Assembly: GCA_937995985.1 (NCBI GenBank)
Contig: CALKIR010000023.1
Span: forward strand, 116,466-180,465
Source of the DNA: an uncultured Alcaligenaceae bacterium
GTDB lineage: Bacteria > Pseudomonadota > Gammaproteobacteria > Burkholderiales > Burkholderiaceae_B
DNA length: 64,000 nucleotides
Direction of reading: 5' to 3'
Shown here in pieces: positions 1 to 8,980 of this stretch (positions are counted from its first letter, which is position 1; every line of letters starts with the position of its first letter). Both the position numbers and the translations under genes were made by a program. Under the pieces are notes generated by a model, which saw only the letters and a list, made by a program, of their open reading frames with translations, made no database searches and was not told the origin of the DNA.

Positions 1-1
1 G

Positions 2-2248
2 GTGGTTTGGCCGCCTGCCGATCCCGATGATCGCAATCCGTTTATTCCCGCTTCAGTCAAAGGCAAGCATCGAGGGGGCGGGGGAGAGCGTGATCCTCGC
101 GAGGTAGCACTAGAGACCGCAGATGCCATGCGTGCAGGGATGGATATTGCTGCGGCTTTGGCTGAAGAGATTGAGCAAGCGCGTCATCATCCTGACAAAA
201 TTGTTTTCAATAGACGCGGCAGCACGCAGGCCATAGAGCCTAGTGCAATGGAGCCTGATAATGGCAATGCTTGGTATGATGCAGAGACCAAAACACTGCA
301 TTTATTGGTTGCAGCTCAGTCTCCTTATGAAGTAGCTCGTGTGGCAGCCTTTATGGTCAAAGATAATAAAAAATTCCCTGTTGAGCATATCAAGCTATTA
401 ACCGGCACAACGGTAGGCTATGGATCCAAAGATCACTCCATTTTCCCGTTTTATGTGGTTGCCGCTGCTTTTTATGGGGATGGTTTGCCCGTGCGCTTGG
501 CCAATGATCGTTATGAGCAGTTTCAGTTGGGCATCAAACGTCACCCTGCTCAGATGGATGTCACCATTGTGGCCGATCGCAAGACAGGTCAATTTGAAAT
601 CCTCAAGGGTTATTATGACCTCAATGGTGGTGGGCGCGCTAATTTTTCCTTTAGCGTGGCTCAGGTATGTGCGACTGCCGCACAGTCTTGCTATTACTTT
701 CCTAAGTCTGATTTATCCGCCGCTGCTTTTGCGACCCCAGCAGTAGAGTCTGGTTCGATGCGGGGTTATGGCACGTTGCAAAGCATGACCATGACCGAGC
801 TCATGGTAGATGAGCTCGCGGAGGAACTAGCAATTGATGCAATAGAGTTGCGTCGCCGCAATGCCTTGCTGCCTCAGTATCCTAATACCCAAGGGGCCGT
901 GCAGTTAGGAGACCCTCGTTTAGTAGAGATGTTAGACAAGGCAGCTGAGCATCCCCTTTGGAAGGAAAAAGAAGAGCGCAAAGCTGCATTTGAAGCTGCT
1001 AATCCAGGCAAAAAATATGGGGTGGGGTTTGCTCAGGTACAAAAAGACTATGGTACTGGGGCGGATACCAGCGCATTGGTATTAGAGTTTGAGCCTGACG
1101 GACGGTTGATCATGCGTCATTGTGCGCAGGAGATTGGTACAGGGGCCACCACCGCTCAGCAAATTATGGTGGGTGATTTAATTGGCAAAATCCCCGATGA
1201 GGTTGAGTTTGCTGTAACGGATTTCCCTGAGTTGCCTTTGGTCAGTAATTTTGAGGCCTTTACCACAGGCCAAGCAGAAGAAGATAAGCTGGCCGAAAAC
1301 CCTTATTGGGTGCCCATGGTATTGCCTGCGATGAGTGCCTCTAATAGTGTGTATTTTGTTGGCTTTGGCACCCGCCAAGCAGCACGCTTCCTTTTGGAAT
1401 ACAGCATCTGGCCTGCCGCCAAAGCTTTATGGAGTGAGGGCGGCGCTGGGGGGGAAATAGCAAGTGGCTATATGACCTACCGTGATTTACGCGCTGTACC
1501 TGGAGGTATTGGGGGAGGAGGGATGTCCACGCTGAGCTTTGAACAAATTGCTCAAAAGGCACATGAGATGGGGCTGATTACGGGGGTTGCGGTGCATTGT
1601 TTTAGTCGTTGGCAGTGGGCTACGGCTGACTTTGATATCCCCGGGTTTGGGGTGCGTACCCTACCCATGGATGCCTTGGCTGTGCGTTATGGCGAAGGAG
1701 CGCCTGAAGCATTGAAACAGCGTATGACTACAGGAGGCTATGATTTTATTAAACGGAGCAAAGTAAATTACCCGCCGACTCAGAGAAGTAATGCAGGGGT
1801 TACTACATATACGCCTGCTGCGTGCTTGGTTGAGCTCAATGTCAACACTTTTACCGGTGAGGTAGAAGTGATGAGCCATCATAGTTTGCTGGATCCAGGT
1901 CAAGTGGTGGTTCCTGAATTAGTTTCTGGGCAGCAACAAGGAGGGGTAGCCATGGGGATTGGTCATGCCCTGATGGAAGAGTTTCCTATGTATGAAGAGG
2001 GTCCAGGGAATGGCACTTGGAACTTTAACCGCTACACCTTACCAAGAGGTAAAGATGTTGCAGTGTGGACACAAACGGCTGAATATTTGCCTCCTTTAAC
2101 TGAAACCTCGCCGCCCAAAGGGTTGGCAGAGGTAGTAATGCTGCCCGTTATTGCAGCAACGGGTAATGCAATTGCCCATGCAATTGGAAAGCGTATTTAC
2201 GATTTGCCCTGGTCGGCTGACAAAATTAAAAAGGCTCTTGAATCATGA
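2..2248 (+). CDS. xanthine dehydrogenase / aldehyde oxidase family molybdopterin-binding large subunit (5' end off-window)
   Basis: The 748-aa open frame runs from the window edge. It shows XDH-family character (GYGSKD, GSMRGYG, QEIGTGA, C-terminal KGLAEV...GNAI). Its stop overlaps the start of the small-subunit gene (ATGA at 2245-2248). Confidence 0.85.
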   Translation: MVWPPADPDDRNPFIPASVKGKHRGGGGERDPREVALETADAMRAGMDIAAALAEEIEQARHHPDKIVFNRRGSTQAIEPSAMEPDNGNAWYDAETKTLHLLVAAQSPYEVARVAAFMVKDNKKFPVEHIKLLTGTTVGYGSKDHSIFPFYVVAAAFYGDGLPVRLANDRYEQFQLGIKRHPAQMDVTIVADRKTGQFEILKGYYDLNGGGRANFSFSVAQVCATAAQSCYYFPKSDLSAAAFATPAVESGSMRGYGTLQSMTMTELMVDELAEELAIDAIELRRRNALLPQYPNTQGAVQLGDPRLVEMLDKAAEHPLWKEKEERKAAFEAANPGKKYGVGFAQVQKDYGTGADTSALVLEFEPDGRLIMRHCAQEIGTGATTAQQIMVGDLIGKIPDEVEFAVTDFPELPLVSNFEAFTTGQAEEDKLAENPYWVPMVLPAMSASNSVYFVGFGTRQAARFLLEYSIWPAAKALWSEGGAGGEIASGYMTYRDLRAVPGGIGGGGMSTLSFEQIAQKAHEMGLITGVAVHCFSRWQWATADFDIPGFGVRTLPMDALAVRYGEGAPEALKQRMTTGGYDFIKRSKVNYPPTQRSNAGVTTYTPAACLVELNVNTFTGEVEVMSHHSLLDPGQVVVPELVSGQQQGGVAMGIGHALMEEFPMYEEGPGNGTWNFNRYTLPRGKDVAVWTQTAEYLPPLTETSPPKGLAEVVMLPVIAATGNAIAHAIGKRIYDLPWSADKIKKALES

Positions 2249-2790
2249 CTATAGAAAAACAACCCCTTACTTTGACGGTTAATGGTGAAAAAATAGGTCC
2301 TATAGAGGTACCAGTTGGTATGCCAATGGTCGATTTTTTACACCATTATCTTAATCTCACCGGAACACGATTTGGGTGCGGTGAGGGGGTCTGCCATGCA
2401 TGCACGGTTATTGAGGTCCAAGAAGATGGCACCCAAAAAGAAAGTCGCACCTGTATCTATGGTGCGCACATGTTTGATGGGCGTGAAATTATTACCATTG
2501 AGGGTCATGCCAAGCTGAATGAGCAGGGTGAGGTTGAAGCCCTGAGCCCAATTCAGCAAGCTTTTGTGGATTATTTTGCTTTTCAGTGCAGCTACTGTAC
2601 GCCAGGCTTTGTGACTGGTGCAACCGTATTTATTGAGGAGCTTAAACGTAATCCCGTTAAAAAAGAAGATCTTGAGGCAGCTATTGAAGAGGCGCTTAAT
2701 GTCCATATCTGTCGTTGTACCGGTTATGTGCGGTATTACGAGGCAGTGCGCGAGGTGGCATTAAACACCCCTGGCTGTGTCATTGACTAA
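2245..2790 (+). CDS. (2Fe-2S)-binding small subunit of the molybdo-hydroxylase
   Basis: 181 aa. It carries a plant-type ferredoxin motif (CGEGVCHACTV...C) and a second cluster motif (CSYCTPG ... CRCTGY). It is translationally coupled to the large subunit. Confidence 0.9.
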   Translation: MTIEKQPLTLTVNGEKIGPIEVPVGMPMVDFLHHYLNLTGTRFGCGEGVCHACTVIEVQEDGTQKESRTCIYGAHMFDGREIITIEGHAKLNEQGEVEALSPIQQAFVDYFAFQCSYCTPGFVTGATVFIEELKRNPVKKEDLEAAIEEALNVHICRCTGYVRYYEAVREVALNTPGCVID

Positions 2791-2801
2791 AGGGGAGTGC
2801 C

Positions 2802-4109
2802 ATGAACAGTCATCGTTTAAGAAACATTATTTGGGGTATTGTGCTGCTGATTATTGTGCTCTGCATTGCGGTTTTGCTGGGTGCTTTTCGTAGTAGCAGT
2901 GTAGCCCCTCAAGCCAAACAGCCTTTATCAGCAGAGGAGCTAAAGGTCTTAGCTCCTAAAGGGCGTGAGTTAGTATTGGCTGGGGACTGTATGGGCTGTC
3001 ACTCTCAGGCGTCGGGGCCTCAGGCTGCCGGAGGGGTGCCTATTAATACTCCCTTTGGGATTGTGCACTCAACTAATATCACTCCTGATAAGGAGTATGG
3101 TATAGGGAATTACAGCCGCGAGGATTTCCATCGCGTTCTTCGAGATGGCATTGCTCCTGGGGGGAGAAACCTTTATCCCGCCATGCCTTTTGTGTTTACG
3201 CATATTACAACTCCAGATGATATTGATGCTATTTATGCGTATTTAATGAGCATCGAGCCGATTAATGTGCCTAATAAGAAAAACACAGGGGTATTTTCTT
3301 TACCTGTACGTCCTTTTATGAATTTTTGGACGTTATTTAATTTCCCTGATCGCTCCGTTCCCAGTGAGCCGGGTCGCTCCAAAGTCTGGGCTCGAGGGGC
3401 TTATTTAGTGGAAGGACTAGCGCATTGTGCAGCGTGTCATACCCCACGCAATTTCATGATGGGGGTGGATTTTTCCAAACATTTTGAAGGTGGTGAGGTG
3501 GATGGTTGGGAGGTGCCGAATATTACGGCTGAGGTGTTAGCACAGCGAGGTTTTGATGTGCCTACCTTAAGCCAGTATCTTGCCACCGGCATGGCGCCCC
3601 AAGGTACCAGTTTTGCGGGCATGCATACGGTCACACACTTTTCCACAAGCGCAATGGAAAAAGATGATGTAGAGGCCATTGCCACTTATTTGTTAACAGA
3701 TAAGCAGGGTCGTATTGTGGCGCCCAGCGCCCCACCTCCTCCTCTTGAGGCGGCTGCCCACCCTGAGCCAGGAAGTGAAATGGAGATAGGGCGACGTGTT
3801 TATATGGCCGCGTGTGCAGGGTGTCACGGATTAGAGGGAGAGGGCATTCCTAATGTTTCTCCTGCTTTGCATGGGAATGCTATTATCGCCATGGATAGTC
3901 CCCACGATACCATTGCAGTGGTACTAAATGGCATCGAAACGGAGCGCTTTACTGGTTATAAGCGTATGTATGAGATGCCCCCCTTCTCACATCGTTTAAA
4001 TGATCAAGAGATTGCGGATTTGGTAACCTGGGTGCGTGCTGAGTGGGGGGGACAAAGCACCCCTGTAACGGTTGATGAAGTGCAGGCTATTGAGCGTGCA
4101 GTTCATTAA
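2802..4109 (+). CDS. membrane-anchored trihaem cytochrome c subunit
   Basis: 435 aa with an N-terminal hydrophobic helix (IIWGIVLLIIVLCIAVLLGAF). Three CxxCH haem motifs are present (CMGCH, CAACH, CAGCH). The start lies 11 nt after the small-subunit stop. Confidence 0.85.
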   Translation: MNSHRLRNIIWGIVLLIIVLCIAVLLGAFRSSSVAPQAKQPLSAEELKVLAPKGRELVLAGDCMGCHSQASGPQAAGGVPINTPFGIVHSTNITPDKEYGIGNYSREDFHRVLRDGIAPGGRNLYPAMPFVFTHITTPDDIDAIYAYLMSIEPINVPNKKNTGVFSLPVRPFMNFWTLFNFPDRSVPSEPGRSKVWARGAYLVEGLAHCAACHTPRNFMMGVDFSKHFEGGEVDGWEVPNITAEVLAQRGFDVPTLSQYLATGMAPQGTSFAGMHTVTHFSTSAMEKDDVEAIATYLLTDKQGRIVAPSAPPPPLEAAAHPEPGSEMEIGRRVYMAACAGCHGLEGEGIPNVSPALHGNAIIAMDSPHDTIAVVLNGIETERFTGYKRMYEMPPFSHRLNDQEIADLVTWVRAEWGGQSTPVTVDEVQAIERAVH

Positions 4110-4140
4110 CCGCCAAGAGAGGGGCCCATATGGTATCGGG

Positions 4141-4857
4141 CTATTGAGTCAGTAAGGCCTGCAGCTGCTCTGGGGTGTCTATGTCTTGGAGCACTGCAGG
4201 ATCAGAGACGGTGACTGGATGGCAGCCATAACGTTGCAAAAGGGGGCGTGCGCCTTGATCACCTGTCAGCGTACTCAATTTAGAGCGCAAGGACCAGCTA
4301 AAGGCCACTGGATGCCCTCGTTGTCGTTCATAGAAAGGCGCAGCAATCCATTGCTGCGCCGATTGGCTGTCATGAGGGGAGTGAGGGGCTTTGATTAGGG
4401 CGGCGCAGTGGTCGAGCACCGCCTGATAAGTGCTGGCTTGGATACTGGGCATATCGGCTAAGGCTACCAGTATTAAGTCTGGCTGTTGAGTTGTGTGCTG
4501 TGCGTGTTGGCTCAAGGCACGCACAGCGGCCGCCAAGCTGGCCCCCATGCCGTGGCGCCCTGCTGGGCTGGCGAGCAGATGTATGATTGGGGCTGAGGAG
4601 GTCGTAAAGGGTGCGGTTATTTCAGCCTGTGCGCGGCGTATGTGTGCCTGGCGTTGATGCTGCTCAGGGCGAGTGACAACAAGGGTTACCGCACAGTGGC
4701 GTGCTAAGGCCAGGGTGCTGCGCTGCAAAACGCTCTGCCCTTGGGGCAAAGGTTGTAATAGCTTATCTTGACCAGGTCGCATGCGAGCAAAGCGGGAGCC
4801 TTGTCCCGCAGCTAATAAAATACCCCAGACAGTAGGAAAGTGAGTAGGAGCAGTCAT
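4141..4857 (-). CDS. mocA: MobA/MocA-like nucleotidyltransferase (molybdenum cofactor cytidylyltransferase-like)
   Basis: 238 aa with the N-terminal GILLAAGQGSRF nucleotide-binding loop typical of MobA/MocA. It sits between the Mo-enzyme operon and xdhC. Confidence 0.7.
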   Translation of the reverse strand: MTAPTHFPTVWGILLAAGQGSRFARMRPGQDKLLQPLPQGQSVLQRSTLALARHCAVTLVVTRPEQHQRQAHIRRAQAEITAPFTTSSAPIIHLLASPAGRHGMGASLAAAVRALSQHAQHTTQQPDLILVALADMPSIQASTYQAVLDHCAALIKAPHSPHDSQSAQQWIAAPFYERQRGHPVAFSWSLRSKLSTLTGDQGARPLLQRYGCHPVTVSDPAVLQDIDTPEQLQALLTQ

Positions 4858-4922
4858 AATCAGGTTCTTTGTTATGCCTGCTAAGCATCATAACAGGATA
4901 CCGGGTGAGTCATGAGGAGATT

Positions 4923-5951
4923 ATGGATAGTATTGATATCCGCGTGTTAAAGACTTTATTGAGTTGGCGGCAAATGGGTCAAGACGCCTTGTGGGTGACG
5001 GTGCTACACACCTGGGGCTCCTCTCCGCGGCCAATTGGTTCAATGATGGCTATTAATGCTGATGGGCAAGTCGTTGGCTCGGTGTCAGGAGGCTGTATTG
5101 AGGATGACTTGATTCAGCAGCGCGCTCATTATTTAGAGGCCGCAACTGAGCAATTTGCTCCCCATCGGCTACGGTATGGGATTGCCGCTGAAGAAGCGCA
5201 TCGCTTTGGCTTACCCTGTGGCGGAGTGATTGAGTTATTGGTTGAGCGTTCACCACAGGTGACCATATTGCAACAGCTGTTAGATGCAATTGAAGGAGGG
5301 CGCTCCGTAGAAAAAAGGGTCTGCCTGCAAACAGGTGCGAGTTACGTGCATGACGAAGCATGCCAAGGCAGCCTTAGTATTGTGGAGGAGCAATTGTGTC
5401 ATTTTTTCGGGCCGCCTTATCGCATGCTGTTAATTGGTGCTGGGCAGCTGAGTGAATACTTGGCTACTATGGCGCTATTTAACGGTTTTCAAGTCACCGT
5501 ATGTGATCCGCGCAGCCAATATAGTAAGGATTGGCAGGTGCCGCAGGCACAGCTTGTATCTGGGATGCCTGATGATGAGGTGTTGGCTTTTCAGCCTAAT
5601 GAGCGCAGTGCCATAGTTGCGTTGACCCATGATCCAAAATTAGATGATATGGCTTTATTAGAGGCGCTGCTTTCACCAGCCTTTTATGTGGGCGCGATAG
5701 GCTCTCGACGTAATCAGGAGAAGCGTCGTCAGCGTTTGCGCGATCATTTTGATATTCCTGAATGGGCTGTGCAGCGCTTGCGGGGTCCCGTTGGGTTGTA
5801 TATAGGGAGTAACACCCCAGCAGAAATAGCGGTGAGCATTATGGCTGAGATCATTGCGGTAAAAAATGCGGTGTCGTTGCCAGCTGAGTTGAATGTTGGG
5901 ATTGCCAAAGATCGACTTGATGCTCTCGGGGGCACAATCGCTACAGATTAA
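4923..5951 (+). CDS. xdhC: XdhC/CoxI-family molybdo-enzyme maturation chaperone
   Basis: The layout is XdhC-like: an N-terminal XdhC domain (WGSSPRPIGSMM, GSVSGGCIE) and a C-terminal Rossmann-like domain (LLIGAGQLS). The start was moved from the TTG at 4869 to the ATG at 4923, which is preceded by AGGAGA. Confidence 0.85.
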   Translation: MDSIDIRVLKTLLSWRQMGQDALWVTVLHTWGSSPRPIGSMMAINADGQVVGSVSGGCIEDDLIQQRAHYLEAATEQFAPHRLRYGIAAEEAHRFGLPCGGVIELLVERSPQVTILQQLLDAIEGGRSVEKRVCLQTGASYVHDEACQGSLSIVEEQLCHFFGPPYRMLLIGAGQLSEYLATMALFNGFQVTVCDPRSQYSKDWQVPQAQLVSGMPDDEVLAFQPNERSAIVALTHDPKLDDMALLEALLSPAFYVGAIGSRRNQEKRRQRLRDHFDIPEWAVQRLRGPVGLYIGSNTPAEIAVSIMAEIIAVKNAVSLPAELNVGIAKDRLDALGGTIATD

Positions 5952-6035
5952 TACGGCTTGGTTTGAGCAAATAGTCTTGATGGGTAGACTATTACAATAA
6001 AACAGTGATCTGAACCACAAAATAAGGAATTTTGT

Positions 6036-7025
6036 ATGAGTCAAATGATGACAGCTATTGCGATCACCACTCCAGGTGGTCCCGAGGTGTTGCAGCCTGT
6101 GCACCGTCCCATTCCTGAGCCAAAGCCAGGGCAGGTTTTGATTAAGGTTGCTGCTGCGGGGGTTAACCGTCCAGATGTGGCGCAACGCACTGGGGCTTAC
6201 CCCCCTCCGCCTGGTGCCTCTGATTTGCCGGGACTAGAGGTTGCGGGTGAGATCGTTGCAGGGGATGCCACCGCAGGAGGGTTTAATATCGGTGACAAAG
6301 TATGTGCCCTGACCCCTGGAGGGGGATATGCAGAATATTGTGTGGTGGATGCACGTCATTGTCTGCCTATTCCTCAAGGGCTAAGTATGATTGAGGCAGC
6401 GGGTTTGCCAGAAACTTTTTTTACTGTTTGGAGCAATGTTTTTCAGCGGGGCCGATTAAGCAAAGGCGAAAGTTTACTTGTGCACGGAGGGGCGAGTGGT
6501 ATTGGTACTACGGCAATTCAACTGGCTTGTGCCTTAGGACATACCGTCTATGCCACTGCAGGCAGTGATGAGCGTGTTGCAGCAATTAATGAGCTAGGGG
6601 CAATAGGAATTAACTACCGCACGCAAAAATTTGAGGAATTTATTCGCGAGCATACCCAAAAAAGAGGTGTGGATGTTATTTTGGACATGGTTGCTGGTGA
6701 GTATATAGAGCGCGATATACGTTGTTTAGCAGATGACGGGCGTATTGTAGTGATTGCTCTATTAGGAGGGCGATATGGCAAAATAGACTGTGCGCATTTA
6801 ATGACCCGGCGCCTGACTATTACTGGCTCGACCCTGCGACCTCGTGATAATGATTTTAAAGCATCGGTAGCTAAGAATTTATTAACCCATGCATGGCCGC
6901 TTATTGAGGCAGGGAAGGCAAAGCCTGTTATACATGCTACCTTTCCTTTAGTAGAGGCCGCCCAAGCCCATGAAATGATGGAGTCTGGAGCGCATATAGG
7001 TAAAATTATTTTAACTGTTGACTAG
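6036..7025 (+). CDS. qor: NAD(P)H:quinone oxidoreductase (zeta-crystallin / MDR family)
   Basis: 329 aa. The pattern is medium-chain dehydrogenase-like without zinc ligands, with a GASGIGTTAIQL cofactor loop. The position upstream of tpiA-secG is conserved. Confidence 0.85.
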   Translation: MSQMMTAIAITTPGGPEVLQPVHRPIPEPKPGQVLIKVAAAGVNRPDVAQRTGAYPPPPGASDLPGLEVAGEIVAGDATAGGFNIGDKVCALTPGGGYAEYCVVDARHCLPIPQGLSMIEAAGLPETFFTVWSNVFQRGRLSKGESLLVHGGASGIGTTAIQLACALGHTVYATAGSDERVAAINELGAIGINYRTQKFEEFIREHTQKRGVDVILDMVAGEYIERDIRCLADDGRIVVIALLGGRYGKIDCAHLMTRRLTITGSTLRPRDNDFKASVAKNLLTHAWPLIEAGKAKPVIHATFPLVEAAQAHEMMESGAHIGKIILTVD

Positions 7026-7111
7026 AGGGGCTCATCCTTGTCCAAACTTTGCTACAATTGTGCGGTTTAGGATTGTGTATTTGCTTTCAATTACAATTAG
7101 ACCCACAAGAT

Positions 7112-7864
7112 ATGTCAACCCAAAATAAGCGCGCTCGTTTGCTAATGGGCAACTGGAAAATGAATGGCTCATTAGCGAGTAATCAGACCCTACTCACAGA
7201 GCTCCTAAAAGGATTACAACAGCAGCCTACTGAGCATCAAGTGGCTGTATGTGTGCCTTATGTGTACTTAGCGCAGGTGCAGTCACTGCTTGCTGATTCG
7301 CCCATTGTATGGGGGGCTCAGGATGTCTCTGCACATGATGGTGGGGCGTATACTGGTGAGGTGAGTGCAGCCATGCTCAAAGAGTTTGGTTGTCGTTTTG
7401 TTTTGGTGGGGCATTCTGAACGACGGCAGTATTTTTCTGAATCAAATACCTTGATCGCGGCCAAAGTGCAGCAGGTGGTTGCCCATGGGATGCGCCCGGT
7501 GTTGTGTGTGGGCGAAACACAGGCGCAGTATGATGCGCATCAAACACAAGAGGTTTTGGCGCAGCAATTAGCGCCTGTGCTGGCTTTGGGGGCACAGCAG
7601 CTGTCTGGTCTGGTTGTGGCCTATGAGCCCGTTTGGGCCATTGGCAGTGGACAGAGCGCCTCACCAGAGTATGCACAACGGGTGCACGAGTTTATTCGTC
7701 AGCAGTTGCAGCGGGTGGGCTGTGAGTCTGTGCCTATTGTGTATGGCGGGAGTGTTAATGCGGATAATGCTGCCAAATTATTTGCCCAGCCTAATATCCA
7801 AGGTGCATTAGTAGGTGGGGCATCTCTACAGGCAGACAGTTTTTTACGTATTGTAGCCGCTTAG
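7112..7864 (+). CDS. tpiA: triosephosphate isomerase
   Basis: Carries the GNWKMNG, VGHSERR and AYEPVWAIGSG motifs. The ATG at 7112 was chosen because the upstream ORF extension has no TIM homology. Confidence 0.95.
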   Translation: MSTQNKRARLLMGNWKMNGSLASNQTLLTELLKGLQQQPTEHQVAVCVPYVYLAQVQSLLADSPIVWGAQDVSAHDGGAYTGEVSAAMLKEFGCRFVLVGHSERRQYFSESNTLIAAKVQQVVAHGMRPVLCVGETQAQYDAHQTQEVLAQQLAPVLALGAQQLSGLVVAYEPVWAIGSGQSASPEYAQRVHEFIRQQLQRVGCESVPIVYGGSVNADNAAKLFAQPNIQGALVGGASLQADSFLRIVAA

Positions 7865-7883
7865 GCGGTGTCGGAGTTTTTCA

Positions 7884-8333
7884 ATGGAATGGTTATATCC
7901 AGTCTTACAGGCAGTGCAGGTTATTTCTGCCTTAGCCGTTATCGGTTTGGTATTATTGCAACACGGTCGAGGTGCTGATATGGGTTCAGCATTTGGTGCT
8001 GGATCAGCAGGCAGCCTTTTTGGGGCAGCCGGAGCAGCAAATTTTTTATCCCGTACCACTCGATGGGCAGCTATTGTGTTTTTCATCTCAACTGCTGGGC
8101 TGGCCTGGGCGGTGTATCACCCAAAACAAAAAGAAGTTGAGGCAGGCAGTGTGATGCAAGGTTTTGAGTCTGTTGTTCCTGGAGCACCGGCTGCTACAGG
8201 AGGGGCCGCAGAACATAATGCTGCTGTACCGGTGGTGCCTGGTTCTGAGGCGCGTGAAGCGGATGGTGTTGATGCAGTGCCTAGTGCATCGAAAGCCGAT
8301 CAAGGGGCTGAGTCGACTCAGGATAAGGATTAG
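7884..8333 (+). CDS. secG: preprotein translocase subunit SecG (with long Ala/Gly/Pro-rich C-terminal tail)
   Basis: Two hydrophobic helices flank a Gly-rich loop (GRGADMGSAFGAGSAGSLFGAAGA). The tpiA-secG-tRNA-Leu order is conserved. Confidence 0.9.
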   Translation: MEWLYPVLQAVQVISALAVIGLVLLQHGRGADMGSAFGAGSAGSLFGAAGAANFLSRTTRWAAIVFFISTAGLAWAVYHPKQKEVEAGSVMQGFESVVPGAPAATGGAAEHNAAVPVVPGSEAREADGVDAVPSASKADQGAESTQDKD

Positions 8334-8425
8334 CTCAGTCTTTAGCCGCAGGGCGGCAGCATAGACTATGTGCCGCCCTTAGCATTAAGTTTGTTGTGTT
8401 AGGCCGACAGGGTTAAGAAAAGCTC

Positions 8426-8453
8426 TTCACAGTCTTATAAATTGTGCTATAGT
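8426..8453 (+). promoter_or_regulatory. candidate sigma70 promoter for tRNA-Leu
   Basis: TTCACA (8426-8431), a 16-nt spacer, then TATAGT (8448-8453), about 43 nt upstream of the tRNA 5' end. This is a motif match only. Confidence 0.3.
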
Positions 8454-8495
8454 TGTCATCTTTAGAGTGATTGGTTTATCCAGTCAAACCCCTGT

Positions 8496-8580
8496 GCTGA
8501 CGTGGTGGAATTGGTAGACACGCTATCTTGAGGGGGTAGTGGCGAAAGCCATGCGAGTTCGATTCTCGCCGTCAGCACCA
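8496..8580 (+). tRNA. leuU: tRNA-Leu (anticodon GAG), class II with long variable arm, encoded CCA
   Basis: Hand-folded. The acceptor stem is GCTGACG/CGTCAGC. The anticodon stem is CTATC/GGTAG with loop TTGAGGG (anticodon GAG). The variable arm is TGGC-GAAA-GCCA. The T arm is GCGAG-TTCGATT-CTCGC, followed by the discriminator A and CCA. Confidence 0.92.
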
Positions 8581-8592
8581 TTGATATAGTTT

Positions 8593-8617
8593 AGACGTCG
8601 CCTGACGTCTTTTTTTT
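8593..8617 (+). terminator. rho-independent terminator after tRNA-Leu
   Basis: Stem AGACGTC / GACGTCT with a GCCT loop, followed by a run of 7-8 T. Confidence 0.8.
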
Positions 8618-8980
8618 CGCCCAGAGTTTTTGGTAGGGCCACTTAAAGTGTTTTCTTAAGAGGGGCGCCTAACTGCTTCACAACAGAGGGTAGAACTGTA
8701 AAAGGTTTTAGGCGTAGAGGGGTCTAGGGGCAGGGGGGATGGAACATAGGGCTCAGGCGCTTACAAGGCAGGAAATGGCGTTTTGTGCCAAAAAAACCAC
8801 GCTTTGTGGTGCAAAAGATACAGAAAACGGGCTTTTTGAAGGTAAAAGCAGTATAAACATAGTCATGGGCACGGAATTTTGGTGCAATAACTCTAACTTC
8901 CTTTTTAGGGGTTAAGTAGAGCAGCGGTTCGAAATGGGCTGCTCTGAATGACTCAAAAAAAATCCATGGAGATTTCACAC

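Noticed and set aside
4869-4922. N-terminal extensions in the ORF track. Besides this one, they occur at tpiA 7049, porin 8948, nuoC 11803, nuoE 13728, nuoH 17940, serB 26217, mfd 30669, livG 33764, SBP 51444, rnfB 57891, phaZ 59083 and fdxA 59624.
   Set aside because: The extensions overlap upstream genes or terminators. They lack homology to the respective families, and better-placed ATG codons with RBS-like sequences or gene coupling exist downstream.
5673-6185. A 170-aa minus-strand ORF bridging the xdhC 3' end, the intergenic gap and the qor 5' end.
   Set aside because: It overlaps two well-supported plus-strand genes. Its translation is Trp/Cys/His-rich nonsense with no motifs and no RBS context.
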